Below, piece after piece: positions 18,501-26,915 of a stretch of 64,000 nt of DNA. The notes under the pieces were generated by a model. That model ran no database searches and was not told the DNA's origin. It saw only the letters and a program-made list of their open reading frames with translations. Made by a program: the position numbers and the translations under genes. This DNA is from Vulcanimicrobiota bacterium (lineage in GTDB: Bacteria; Vulcanimicrobiota; Xenobia; Xenobiales; JADMJV01). Position 1 is the first letter of the stretch; every line of letters begins with the position of its first letter. The stretch spans positions 27,678 through 91,677 of the forward strand of contig JAEXNA010000219.1 in NCBI GenBank assembly GCA_023447635.1, in the 5' to 3' direction.

Positions 18501-21500
18501 CCGGCCGGGGTCATCGCTTCCACGATTTCGCCCAGGGTGTGCAAGCTGCCGAGACGGTCGCTGTCCACCTTGGGAAGGCCGGGCATGGCTTCTTCCACGG
18601 AGGCCAGGATTTCAACCCGCTTGATGCTGTCGATCCCCAGGTCGGACTCCAGGTCCATCTCCAGGGTCAGCATATCCACCGGGTAACCGGTTTTCTCGGC
18701 CACCACGTTCATCAGGGCGCGGGCCACTCCGGTGGCACCAAGGCCCATGGCGGGGGCAGAGTGGGAGGCGGCGGCGGGCGCCGAAGCGGTGGAAGCGGGA
18801 ACGCCTGCGGCCGGGGTCATCGCGGCCACGATCTCGCCCAGCGTGCGCAGGCTGCCGAGACGGTCGCTGTCCACCTTGGGAAGACCGGGAACGGCTTCTT
18901 CCACGGCGGCCAGAATCTCGACGCGCTTGATGCTGTCGATCCCCAGGTCGGCTTCGAGATCCATCTCCAGGTTGAGCATCTCGGCCGGGTAGCCGGTCTT
19001 GTCGGCGACCACCTTGAGCAGTGCGCCGGAGACGGCTCCGGAGGGAGCTGCGGAGGAGGCGGTGGGAGCGGAAGCGGTGGGAGCGGAAGCGGGAAGTCCG
19101 CCGGCCGGAGTCATCGCGGTGACGATCTCGCCCAGCGTGCGCAGGCTACCGAGGCGGTCGCTGTCCACCTTGGGCAGCCCGGGAACGGCTTCCTCGACGG
19201 CGGCCAGGATCTCGACGCGCTTGATGCTATCGATACCGAGGTCGGCCTCCAGGTCCATCTCCAGATTCAGCATCTCTACGGGGTAGCCGGTTTTGTCGGC
19301 CACCACCTTGAGCAGAGCGCTCGAAACCGCTCCAGAGGGAGCCGCAGAGGCAGCGGGAGCAGCAACGGGAGCGGCCGCTTTGGGTAGTCCGCCGGCCGGG
19401 GTCATCGCGGTCACGATCTCGCCCAGCGTGCGCAGAGCGCCCAGACGGTCGCTGTCCACCTTGGGAAGGCCGGGAACGGCTTCTTCGACGGCGGCCAGGA
19501 TCTCGACCCGCTTGATGCTGTCGATGCCCAGGTCGGCTTCGAGATCCATCTCTAGATTCAGCATCTCCTGGGGGTAGCCGGTCTTGTCGGCGACGACCTT
19601 GAGCAGCGCCTTCGAGACCGAATCGTCGGCCACGCCGCTGCCCAGCACCTGGTCGACCGGCGAGGCCACCGAGGCGATAGCGGGGGTGTGAACCTTCACC
19701 GGTGCCGGTGCCGGTGCCGGTGCCGGGCGGGCCGCCACAGGGGCGGGAGCCGCAGCGGCCGGGCGTGCCGGAGGGGCAACGGGAGCCGGCGCGATGGGGC
19801 GCGCGGGCGCCGCAACGACGGGAGCCGAAGACACGGGAGCCGGAGCTACGGGGCGAGCCGGGGCGGCAGGAGCAGCGGCGTGCTGCGCGGCCTGACCGGC
19901 CAGCAGCGCACCCAGAGCGCTCTGAGCCGCTTCCTGGCTTTTCAGGAACTGCTGATGGACCTGAGCCGTCTGGCGTGTCAGCTCTTGCAGCGCCTCGAGG
20001 TGAGGCAGCAGGCTGTCCAGAGCCGCCGGAGCGGCCACGGGAGCGACAGGGCGCTGAGGCGCCGGGGCCTGGGCAGGAGCCTTGGCTGCAGCTACAGAGG
20101 ACGGAGTCGGAGCAGCTGGAGCGGGAGCCGCCGGACGAGCCGGAGGGGTCGCTGGCAGGCTGACCGTAGCTTTGGCTACCGCAGGAGCGCTGTGAGCCGC
20201 CGGAAGAGCCGCCTTTACGACGGGAGCTGCAGCGGGAGCGGCGCTCTTGACGCCAACCGAATTGGGCTCGCGCACGGGCGGCTTCTTGCCGTTGCCCGAG
20301 CGGTAGTTGGCGCCCGAGATCGGCACCGTCATGCGGCGCTTGGCTTCGGCGGCGGGCTTCTCTTCCCACTGCGCCAGCTCGACCGGTAGACCGGCGGCCG
20401 CCAGTTCGGCAAGAGCCGTGGCAAGGTCCAGCAGTCCGCTTTTCTTGCCTACCGAGCGGTCCATCGGAACCACCTTGATGTCGCTCTTGTCTTTGAGGAT
20501 CGCCTTGACCAGACCGGTCAGCACCGTCTTCGGGCCCACCTCGATGAAGGTGCGGAATCCGTCGGCGTACATCTTCTCGATCAGGCCCACGAAGTTGACC
20601 TGGTGCACCAGCTGGTCGGCCAGCAGAGCCCGGGCGGTCTTGCCGCTGGCGGGATACAGCTCGGCGGTCTTGTTGGCGTAAACCGGGATTTCGGACTTGT
20701 TGAACTTGACCTTACCGGCCACCTTGTGGAACGGGTCGCGAGCGCCCGCTACGAAAGAGCTGTGGAAGGCGGCGCCGACTTTGAGCGGCACGCCGCGCAG
20801 GCCGGCCTTCTTCAGCTCGGGGGCCAGCGCTTCGAGGTCCTTGGCGGAGCCGCTCAGCACGCACTGGTCCGGAGAGTTACGGTTGGCCAGAACCACGGGA
20901 GTCTTGGTCTCGGCCAGAACCTGCTCGACCTTGTCCAGGGTGCCCTTGACGGCCATCATGGTGCCCAGGTCGTCGCCCTGCGAGGCCATCAGGCGGCCGC
21001 GCTCGCGGGACAGCTCGACCAGGCCCTCCCCGTCCAGGACGCCGGCGGCGTACAGGGCGGACAGCTCGCCGTAAGAGTGACCGGCGGTGCCTTCCGGCTT
21101 GAGGCCGAAGCGCTCGAGCAGGTGGAAGTAGCCGCGCTCCATCACGCCCAGAGCGGGCTGGGCGCGGTCGGTGGCGGTCAGGAAGTCGCCCTGGGCGGCT
21201 TCTTCGGCCTTGTCGAACACGGGCACCGGGTAGATGGCGTGAGCGATGTCGCGACCGGTGGCCTCCAGCGACTCGAGCAGTTCGGGGAAGGCGCAAGCCA
21301 GGTCCACGCCCATGTTCACATACTGCGAACCCTGACCGGGGAAGAGGAAGGCGACCTTGCCGTTGTCGGCGCTGCCCGACGAGGAAAACTCGGAGGCTTC
21401 GCCCTTCTTTAGCTTGTCCAGAGCGGCCGTCAGCGCGCTCGCGAAGTCGTCGGACAGCGCCGGCACCACCAGGCGGTGAGCATCGGCGCGGTTGAACGAC

Positions 21501-23047
21501 TGGCGGGATTCCCAGGCGATCAGCGAGGAGTGGCGGCTGTCGTCGAGGGCGCCCTGCACCTTCTTGATCAGCTCGTCCTTGGATCCGGCCGAGAAGGCGG
21601 CCAGTTCGACGCTGCCGTCCCAGGCCGTATCCTTACGCTGAGCGCCGTACTCTTCGAGCACCAGATGGAAGTTGCTGCCGCCGAAGCCGAAAGAAGACAG
21701 TCCGGCCCGGCGAGGGTGATCGGGGTGCGAGACCCAGGGGCGGCTGATGGTGTTCAGATAGAACGCGCTGTCTTCGATGCCCAGCTTGGGGTTCGGCTTG
21801 GTGATGTTGATGGTGGGCGGGAAGATCTTGTAGTGCAGCGCGAGAGCCGCCTTGATCAAGCCAGCCGAACCGGCGGCGGCTTTGGTGTGCCCGATCTGGG
21901 ACTTCACCGAACCCATGGCGCACCAGTTTTTGTCGCTGGAAACCTCGCCATAGACGGTCTTGAGCCCTTCGAACTCGACCACGTCACCGACCTTGGTTCC
22001 GGTACCGTGGGCTTCCACCAGCTCTACCGTGCGGGGCGAAACTTCGGCGTTCTCGTAAGCGCGGCGCAAGGCGCGAGCCTGTCCGTGCGACATCGGAGCG
22101 TAGACCGCGCCGCCTTTCCCGTCGCTGGCCGTTCCGACGCCGCGGATCACGGCGTAGATCTTGTCGCCGTCACGCTCGGCGTCGGCCAGGCGCTTGAGTA
22201 CGACCATGCCCAGGCCTTCACCCAGCATGGTGCCGTCGCTTTCGGCGTCGAACGGACGGATCTTCCCGGAGGCTGACAGGGCGGGCGTCTTCGAGAAGCA
22301 CATGAACATGAAGATGTCGTTGAAAGTGTCGGTACCGCCGGTGATCACCATGTCGGCCTGACCGGTCTGCAGTTCCAGGAACGCCAGGTGAGCCGCCGAC
22401 AGGGTCGAGGCGCAGGCCGCATCGACCACGCAGTTGGTCCCGTGCAGGTCCAGGCGGTTGGCGATACGTCCGGCGACCACGTTACCAAGCAGACCGGGGA
22501 ACGAGTTCTCCTGCCAGGGCACGTAGTCGGCCGAGATGCGCTGCATGACCTCTTCCACCAGCTCCGGGCCCAGGCCCGACTCTTGCAGCGCCTTCTTCCA
22601 GTAGGGGTGGCCCAGGCGAGCGCCCAGCGGAACCACCAGTTCGAGAGTGCCGGTGACACCCAGGATGACCGAGGTGGTGCTGCGGTCGAACTCGCGGTCC
22701 GGTCCATAACCGGCGTCTTCCAGGGCCGCCTTGGCAGCGACCAGACCCAGCAGCTGCGAGGTGTCGGTCGCCTCCAGCGCGGTGGGCGGCATGGAGAACT
22801 CTGTGGGGTCGAAAGGATAGGGATCCAGGAAGCCGCCGCGGCGACAGTAGGTCATATCCGACGCCTTCTGGTTGGCGTCGAAGTAGTCGTCCGGACTCCA
22901 ATGGGTGTCCGGGATCTCCGAAATGGTGTCAGTGCCGAGTCGAAGGATCTTCCAGAAAGACTTCAGGTTGTTGGCCTTCGGATAGAGGGCCGACATGCCC
23001 ACGATGGCGATGTCGGTTCTCTGGGACTGAGCGGGAGCGTTCTTCAT
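15527..23047 (-). CDS. pfaA: PUFA-synthase-type PKS subunit PfaA-like: KS-MAT-6xACP-KR-DH
   Basis: KS (DAACASTLSAAHLAF, EAHGTGTKVGD, GHTKAAAG). MAT (FLFPGQGSQYVNMG, GHSYGELSALYAAG). Six tandem ACPs, each with the LGIDSIKRVEIL phosphopantetheine-site motif. KR (VVLVTGGARGVTAACAIA). C-terminal PKS-type DH. Confidence 0.9.
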   Translation of the reverse strand: MKNAPAQSQRTDIAIVGMSALYPKANNLKSFWKILRLGTDTISEIPDTHWSPDDYFDANQKASDMTYCRRGGFLDPYPFDPTEFSMPPTALEATDTSQLLGLVAAKAALEDAGYGPDREFDRSTTSVILGVTGTLELVVPLGARLGHPYWKKALQESGLGPELVEEVMQRISADYVPWQENSFPGLLGNVVAGRIANRLDLHGTNCVVDAACASTLSAAHLAFLELQTGQADMVITGGTDTFNDIFMFMCFSKTPALSASGKIRPFDAESDGTMLGEGLGMVVLKRLADAERDGDKIYAVIRGVGTASDGKGGAVYAPMSHGQARALRRAYENAEVSPRTVELVEAHGTGTKVGDVVEFEGLKTVYGEVSSDKNWCAMGSVKSQIGHTKAAAGSAGLIKAALALHYKIFPPTINITKPNPKLGIEDSAFYLNTISRPWVSHPDHPRRAGLSSFGFGGSNFHLVLEEYGAQRKDTAWDGSVELAAFSAGSKDELIKKVQGALDDSRHSSLIAWESRQSFNRADAHRLVVPALSDDFASALTAALDKLKKGEASEFSSSGSADNGKVAFLFPGQGSQYVNMGVDLACAFPELLESLEATGRDIAHAIYPVPVFDKAEEAAQGDFLTATDRAQPALGVMERGYFHLLERFGLKPEGTAGHSYGELSALYAAGVLDGEGLVELSRERGRLMASQGDDLGTMMAVKGTLDKVEQVLAETKTPVVLANRNSPDQCVLSGSAKDLEALAPELKKAGLRGVPLKVGAAFHSSFVAGARDPFHKVAGKVKFNKSEIPVYANKTAELYPASGKTARALLADQLVHQVNFVGLIEKMYADGFRTFIEVGPKTVLTGLVKAILKDKSDIKVVPMDRSVGKKSGLLDLATALAELAAAGLPVELAQWEEKPAAEAKRRMTVPISGANYRSGNGKKPPVREPNSVGVKSAAPAAAPVVKAALPAAHSAPAVAKATVSLPATPPARPAAPAPAAPTPSSVAAAKAPAQAPAPQRPVAPVAAPAALDSLLPHLEALQELTRQTAQVHQQFLKSQEAAQSALGALLAGQAAQHAAAPAAPARPVAPAPVSSAPVVAAPARPIAPAPVAPPARPAAAAPAPVAARPAPAPAPAPVKVHTPAIASVASPVDQVLGSGVADDSVSKALLKVVADKTGYPQEMLNLEMDLEADLGIDSIKRVEILAAVEEAVPGLPKVDSDRLGALRTLGEIVTAMTPAGGLPKAAAPVAAPAASAAPSGAVSSALLKVVADKTGYPVEMLNLEMDLEADLGIDSIKRVEILAAVEEAVPGLPKVDSDRLGSLRTLGEIVTAMTPAGGLPASAPTASAPTASSAAPSGAVSGALLKVVADKTGYPAEMLNLEMDLEADLGIDSIKRVEILAAVEEAVPGLPKVDSDRLGSLRTLGEIVAAMTPAAGVPASTASAPAAASHSAPAMGLGATGVARALMNVVAEKTGYPVDMLTLEMDLESDLGIDSIKRVEILASVEEAMPGLPKVDSDRLGSLHTLGEIVEAMTPAGDLQPQLTAHAAPATGVPATDPGVAKALMVVVAEKTGYPVDMLTLEMDLESDLGIDSIKRVEILASVEEALPGLPKVDSDRLGSLHTLGEIVEAMTPKGIAPAAAAPAAPAAPAASGGGDASGVTAALLAVVAEKTGYPQEMLNLEMDLESDLGIDSIKRVEILASVEEVMPGLPKVDADRLGSLRTLGEIVVAMTPAGGAAAAHVVAPTVVAAPPAARTISRQCLQLIDLGPGQASGLPLPEGAVLAVLEDTPGLGDELVGALQSRGVEVEKVEAGSALPANLGALVLVGNGGDGQRSREFLMTAFQRTREAAPALRKSGGALFTVTTLDGSFGLKGKAFDPFIGGLAGLPKTVAHEWPEVFTRAIDRHPEITVETVLEELMKDGPVEVALSPGRRETLVTATAQASAGAPRLGKKDVVLVTGGARGVTAACAIATARAYGSKFVLLGRTPLEGPDFDLYPGIEDEGALKREIMQRQFGGKATPKDLQGVANKVAAQREMQGTLAAFAEAGVEAVYLACDVRDKDGLKAGLAEVQKQLGAITTLIHGAGVLADRKIEDKTDEMFQSVFSTKIDSLLILNELLPDLKTMLFFSSVTARFGRPGQVDYCMANEVLNKFAQLESRRRPRCTMVAMGWGPWAGGMVTPALAREFERIGVGLIPLEAGAQAVVDELSHHGAGQAEVLFGDGFPEPVSPKPRTSSSSEGQSGGGEQLLQKAISVSALPFLDSHKLKGQPVLPMAFMMEWFTQGALLSGAGMRLVGLDDLRVFRGVTVSGGVEPTLAVSVVSTKVVDGRTHATLELKDTGRNALHARATVVLGDAQDSAPAPFDPAPLSTRSYSHSPDAIYSELLFHGPDFHAVSGVSGISEGGLVAELKSAGKPAEWERDPLRSDWATEPLVVDGVLQLGILWCWDGLGKPSLPNGFAHYRQFVNRYPKSGVKAVLKVVSHSDRALVADCDLIDAKGNLLGRFERLEWTADDALKAAFGLSGALAR
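17890..19630 (-). repeat. six tandem ~290-bp ACP-encoding repeats within pfaA
   Basis: The peptide xxALLKVVADKTGYPxEMLNLEMDLEADLGIDSIKRVEILAAVEEAVPGLPKVDSDRLGSLRTLGEIV recurs six times. The repeats also show up as a ladder of near-identical spurious plus-strand ORFs (17841.., 18210.., 18426.., 18732.., 18999.., 19293..). Confidence 0.85.
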
Positions 23048-23092
23048 GGATCTCTGGTTCCTCTTATGGATTTCGATGGTAAGGGACGGCGG

Positions 23093-24727
23093 TTACGAGA
23101 AGTAGGGCGCGAGTTCGGCGTCCGTTTTGGGGCGGAACTCCTGCAGCTCGTGACTCAACGGCACGCCCTGCTGACGCAAGGCGTGGACCCGGCCCAGATA
23201 AGCGGCGCCGGCGAGAATATTACGGGCGACCACGCCCGCTTGGCGAGCCTTCGGCTCGGCCAGATAGCTGTCGCCGACCCACTGGTTGAAGGCGCCCATG
23301 GCGGGACCGCACCAAACCTGGTAGTCGACCTTGCGGTCGGCGATACCCGAGTTGGCCCAGCCCGAGGCGCGGCCGAGGTAGGAGCGGAAGACCAGTGCCA
23401 TCTTGTGTTTGGGGTCGGCGGCGGCGCGCTGGTTCTGGCGCGGGTCGCGACCTTCGAAGAATTTGTGGGTGTCGGCCCAGACTTCGTCGAGGGTCTGACG
23501 GAAGAAGGTCTTCTCCAGCACGGCGCGCTCGGAGGCGGGCAGCTCTTCCATAGAGCCGTAGTCGCGGTAAAGCTGATACAGCTTCTTGGCGCGCACGGGG
23601 AACATAGTGCCCCACTTCAGCACCTGGACCTGAACGCCCATTTCGAACATATCGGCGGCAGGCGCCATCGCCATGTCGGCTTGTCCGGCTTTGCACAGCA
23701 TCTCGCGCACGATATCAGAGCTTCCCGACTCGAGGCAGGACTGGTTGACGCTTCCGGTCAGAATGTAAGAAGCGCCCATCGCAAAGGCGGCACAGGCCGA
23801 GGCCGGGGTCGAGATACCGCCGGCAGCGCCAACCCGCAGCACCACGCCGCGGTCGCCGTACAGCTTCTGCTTCTCGTCGCGCAGAGCGATCATGGTAGGA
23901 AGCAGAGCCAGAGCCGGGCGGTTATCGGTATGTCCGCCGGAATCGGCTTCGGCCGTCAGGTCTTCGACCACCGGCATCAAGGCGGCAAGTTCCGCCTGTT
24001 CGGGGGTCAGGTCGCCGCGCTGCACCAGTTCGCGCAGCATCTTCTCGGGCGGCGGAGCGAAAAACTTCTCGGCCACCTCGACGCGAGACACCTTGCCCAG
24101 CACCTGCTGGCGCATCACGATCTCGCCGTTGTCGTTGCGCGAGATGCCGTGGAAACGGTACTTCAAGAGCGGGAGCGTCAGACCCAGGTAGGCCGAGGCG
24201 CTGACCCGCTTGACCCCTTTGCGAAGGTAGAGATCGACGATCCCCTCTTCCAGGTCGGGCTCGTTGGGCGAGTGGATCAAGTTCGAGCCGAACGGCTTGT
24301 CGCCCAGGCTCGCTTGCAGGCGGTCGATCGATTTCTCGACCACGTGCAGCGGAAGTCCGGCGGCGCCGAACACGCCCAGCGTGTTGGCCTCGGCGGCGGC
24401 CTGGACCAGTTCGACCGAGGTGATGCCGTTGGCCATCGCCCCGACCACATAGGAGTAGTCGACTCCGTGGGCCTTCCGGAACGAGGCGTCGCCCAACCCC
24501 GCGGGGGTCAGTGAAGGCAAGAAGCCGGCAAAGGTCCAGCCGTCTCCATCGCCTGCGCCCAGTTCGCCCTTGTCCACAGGGGCCAGCGCGATCTCATCGC
24601 CCTTGCGCACCACGAAATAGGATTCGCCCAGAGACTGCAGCCCCTGTCCTAAACCCTCTTGTCCTTGTAGCAGAGCGCTCGTGTCGCCCCTCCAACCCAA
24701 CTTCGCCGTCATACTCAAAACGTCCAT
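23093..24727 (-). CDS. pfaD: PfaD-like FMN-dependent trans-acting enoyl reductase (2-nitropropane-dioxygenase-like)
   Basis: PfaD hallmarks: ...LGWRGD... near the N-terminus, VGAMANGITSVELVQAAAEANTLGVFGAAGL, and a TIM-barrel ER core. The track ORF extends to 24817, but the first ~30 aa look arbitrary. ATG at ~24727 (MDVLSMTAKLGW) or ~24712 gives the usual ~540-aa length. Confidence 0.85.
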   Translation of the reverse strand: MDVLSMTAKLGWRGDTSALLQGQEGLGQGLQSLGESYFVVRKGDEIALAPVDKGELGAGDGDGWTFAGFLPSLTPAGLGDASFRKAHGVDYSYVVGAMANGITSVELVQAAAEANTLGVFGAAGLPLHVVEKSIDRLQASLGDKPFGSNLIHSPNEPDLEEGIVDLYLRKGVKRVSASAYLGLTLPLLKYRFHGISRNDNGEIVMRQQVLGKVSRVEVAEKFFAPPPEKMLRELVQRGDLTPEQAELAALMPVVEDLTAEADSGGHTDNRPALALLPTMIALRDEKQKLYGDRGVVLRVGAAGGISTPASACAAFAMGASYILTGSVNQSCLESGSSDIVREMLCKAGQADMAMAPAADMFEMGVQVQVLKWGTMFPVRAKKLYQLYRDYGSMEELPASERAVLEKTFFRQTLDEVWADTHKFFEGRDPRQNQRAAADPKHKMALVFRSYLGRASGWANSGIADRKVDYQVWCGPAMGAFNQWVGDSYLAEPKARQAGVVARNILAGAAYLGRVHALRQQGVPLSHELQEFRPKTDAELAPYFS

Positions 24728-24817
24728 TCCACCGCCACGATTCCTAGCGACAGACCTCGCGAAGCGGCATGAAGCCGCGCCCAGGTCCATGCCGTTCCCT
24801 TTTGGGGAGGTCGGCAC

Positions 24818-25028
24818 TTCGAAGCGCGGCTTGACAGGTTGGCCGCTTCCCTTGCGATGTCTCGCAGTCGCTGATTTCTGCCCCTATAACGCGCGTCGAT
24901 GGCGCTTTATTGCGCCGCCCCGGAAAAAATGAGGAGAATTCCAAGACTCATTTTCCGAAGCGTCAACCCCCTCGCTTCCCCCCGCCGCGCCAGGAGGAGG
25001 TTGAGCGCGCATCGGAAAGGCCCCGCTC
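24818..25028. promoter_or_regulatory. divergent intergenic region between pfaD and an HTH gene, carrying two AT-rich palindromes (likely operator/promoter region)
   Basis: GGCGC-TTTATT-GCGCC at ~24901-24916. AAAATGAG-N13-CTCATTTT at ~24926-24954. These are AT-rich islands in a ~67% GC genome, 75-125 bp upstream of the 25029 start. A TTGACA hexamer lies at ~24829. Confidence 0.3.
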
Positions 25029-25622
25029 ATGCCTACGCCGCGCGACGATAGCCATTTTCTGGCCGCCCTTCGGGCCAAACTGCACAGCTCTCAGGTGGAC
25101 AGCGGCCGCTCCTTTTCGGAGCTGGCCGACCTCCTGGAGGTGGAGTCGGTCGAGAGGCTACGCGACTATTTCAGCGGTAAGGCCGAAATGCCGGTGCCCC
25201 TTCTCTATCATTACGGCCAGCTGGTAGGACGTCCGATCTGGTGGTTCTTTGGCGAACAGCCCGCCACCATCTCGGTGGAAGGCGCGGAGACCGCCATCGG
25301 TAACATTTCTCGTCTGCGTCTGTACATCGACGCCCTGGAAACCGAGTTTCGGCAGGTTCTCGAAGGCGGCCGGTCGCCGCTGGACCGCCCCTCGCGCGGC
25401 GCCGCTTCGACCTCGGAAGCTCGCCCCGACGGTCCCGTCGTGGTCGACTTCGCCCCGTACCTTTCCCGCGCTCGCGCCATTCTCGAGCGGGAAGCCGACT
25501 TCCACGAGGACTCCGAAGAGGTCTTCGAAGAGTCGGTGGAAATGATCGCTCACAGTCTTTACTCTATCGAGATGGCTCAGCATCCGTCCCGCGAGTATCA
25601 CCCCACCCCCACGGAGTCTTAA
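25029..25622 (+). CDS. hypothetical protein, probable XRE/Cro-type HTH transcriptional regulator
   Basis: RSFSELADLLEVESVERLRDYFSGKAEMPVPLLYHYGQLVGRPIWWFF resembles an HTH_XRE helix-turn-helix. SD-like GGAAAGG ~10 nt upstream. Divergent from the pfa operon. Confidence 0.5.
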   Translation: MPTPRDDSHFLAALRAKLHSSQVDSGRSFSELADLLEVESVERLRDYFSGKAEMPVPLLYHYGQLVGRPIWWFFGEQPATISVEGAETAIGNISRLRLYIDALETEFRQVLEGGRSPLDRPSRGAASTSEARPDGPVVVDFAPYLSRARAILEREADFHEDSEEVFEESVEMIAHSLYSIEMAQHPSREYHPTPTES

Positions 25623-25632
25623 CCCTTTCGGC

Positions 25633-26724
25633 ATGCCAAATCCCGACGTCGTCATCATCGGCGGTGGACCAGCGGGGCTGCTCGCGGCTTACCTGTTGAC
25701 CCAGCTTCGCATTTCTAACGTTGTGCTAGAGGCCGGGGGCCGGGTCGGCCACTCCTTCCACACCATGCCTCGCGCCTTTCATCTGGGGCCCTGGCTCAAC
25801 AACTATCTGCCCGGCGCCATCGTCAGCCCTTCTCACATCCTTCGTCGTCCTCGCTGCCGCGAGTACGGAGTGTATCTAGAGCGCTATGCGCGCAAATACA
25901 AACTGAAAGTGGCCCTCAACCGCCCCGCTCAATCGCTGGAGGTGATCGAGGACAACGGACAGACCCTCTATCAGGTCACCACTCCGGAAGAGACCTTCCG
26001 CGCCCCGATTGTGATCAACGCCACCGGATTCTATCGATATCCTCTGAACCCGGAGTACCCCGGCCTCAAGACCACCGAGGTCAGGACGGTTCACGCCCAC
26101 GACTACCAGGAGCCGGAAGACCTGGCCGCCTCCCTCGGCAAGCACGCCCGGATCCTGATCGTCGGCAAGCGGGTGACGGCAGGAGAACTCCTGATCGACC
26201 TTTCCCGCCACGACTTTGGGCTGGCCCTGAGTCACCGAGGCAAACTGGTCTTCGGACCGACCCCCTTCTGGCAAGGGATCAACTCGCCGTTCGTGCTGGG
26301 CTTCGAGTGGGTGATCGCCCAACTGGGGATCAAGGCCAACTCCTACCCTCGGATGGCCGGCGGCAAGACCCGAGAAATGATCCAGCGCGGCCGGGTGGAG
26401 CTGTTCCCCGACATCGCCCGTTTCGAGCGGGATACCGTGGTCTTCACCAACGGCAAAGAGGAGAAGTTCGACCTGGTCGTCTTCGCCACCGGCTACAAGA
26501 CCGATTGGAACCACCTCAAACCGGTGGTCGGCGACGAGCCGATCGCCCCGCGCAAACTGCGCAAAGGCGAGCACCCGAAGCACGACGGGCTATTCTTCCT
26601 GGGGTTCGACAACCAGTTCTCTATCCGCAGCCGCTACCTTCGCGGCATTCGCGAGGATGCGCCCCGAGTCGTGCAGCAGGTCTGCAAGCGGTTGGTGCAG
26701 TGGCACCGCGCCGTCTGGCACTAG
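25633..26724 (+). CDS. FAD/NAD(P)-binding oxidoreductase (flavin-containing-monooxygenase-like)
   Basis: Dinucleotide-binding VVIIGGGPAGLLAAY at the N-terminus. A second GxGxxG-like ILIVGKRVTAGE. FMO-type FATGY motif (VVFATGYKTDW). Lies 11 bp after the HTH gene. Confidence 0.75.
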   Translation: MPNPDVVIIGGGPAGLLAAYLLTQLRISNVVLEAGGRVGHSFHTMPRAFHLGPWLNNYLPGAIVSPSHILRRPRCREYGVYLERYARKYKLKVALNRPAQSLEVIEDNGQTLYQVTTPEETFRAPIVINATGFYRYPLNPEYPGLKTTEVRTVHAHDYQEPEDLAASLGKHARILIVGKRVTAGELLIDLSRHDFGLALSHRGKLVFGPTPFWQGINSPFVLGFEWVIAQLGIKANSYPRMAGGKTREMIQRGRVELFPDIARFERDTVVFTNGKEEKFDLVVFATGYKTDWNHLKPVVGDEPIAPRKLRKGEHPKHDGLFFLGFDNQFSIRSRYLRGIREDAPRVVQQVCKRLVQWHRAVWH

Positions 26725-26915
26725 GGCTCGGGGGCCAACGCACCCTCTAGCGCTCTTTGACCTTGATGGGGTGGCGAGTGGGGCCGGGGCGGAGCTGGCC
26801 GTTGGTCCAGAGGTAGGGGATCAGGTCGTAGTCGCCGGGCAGAGGGGGGTCACAGCGGCGGCGGGGCCGGCTCGCTTTTCAGCGTTCTTTCAAGGGAGAA
26901 AGCTATCTTGAGCCT

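Noticed and set aside
17841-19577. Ladder of regularly spaced similar plus-strand ORFs, which at first glance looks like a repeat array (CRISPR-like periodicity)
   Set aside because: The period is ~290 bp and the units are the six ACP coding repeats of pfaA on the opposite strand. There are no short direct repeats with unique spacers, so this is not CRISPR.
23093-24817. Track start for pfaD at 24817
   Set aside because: The first ~30 residues (MPTSPKGNGMDLGAASCRFARSVARNRGGG) are unlike PfaD N-termini and overlap the divergent promoter region. An internal ATG at ~24727/24712 restores the conserved ...LGWRGD... N-terminus. I kept the gene but moved the start.
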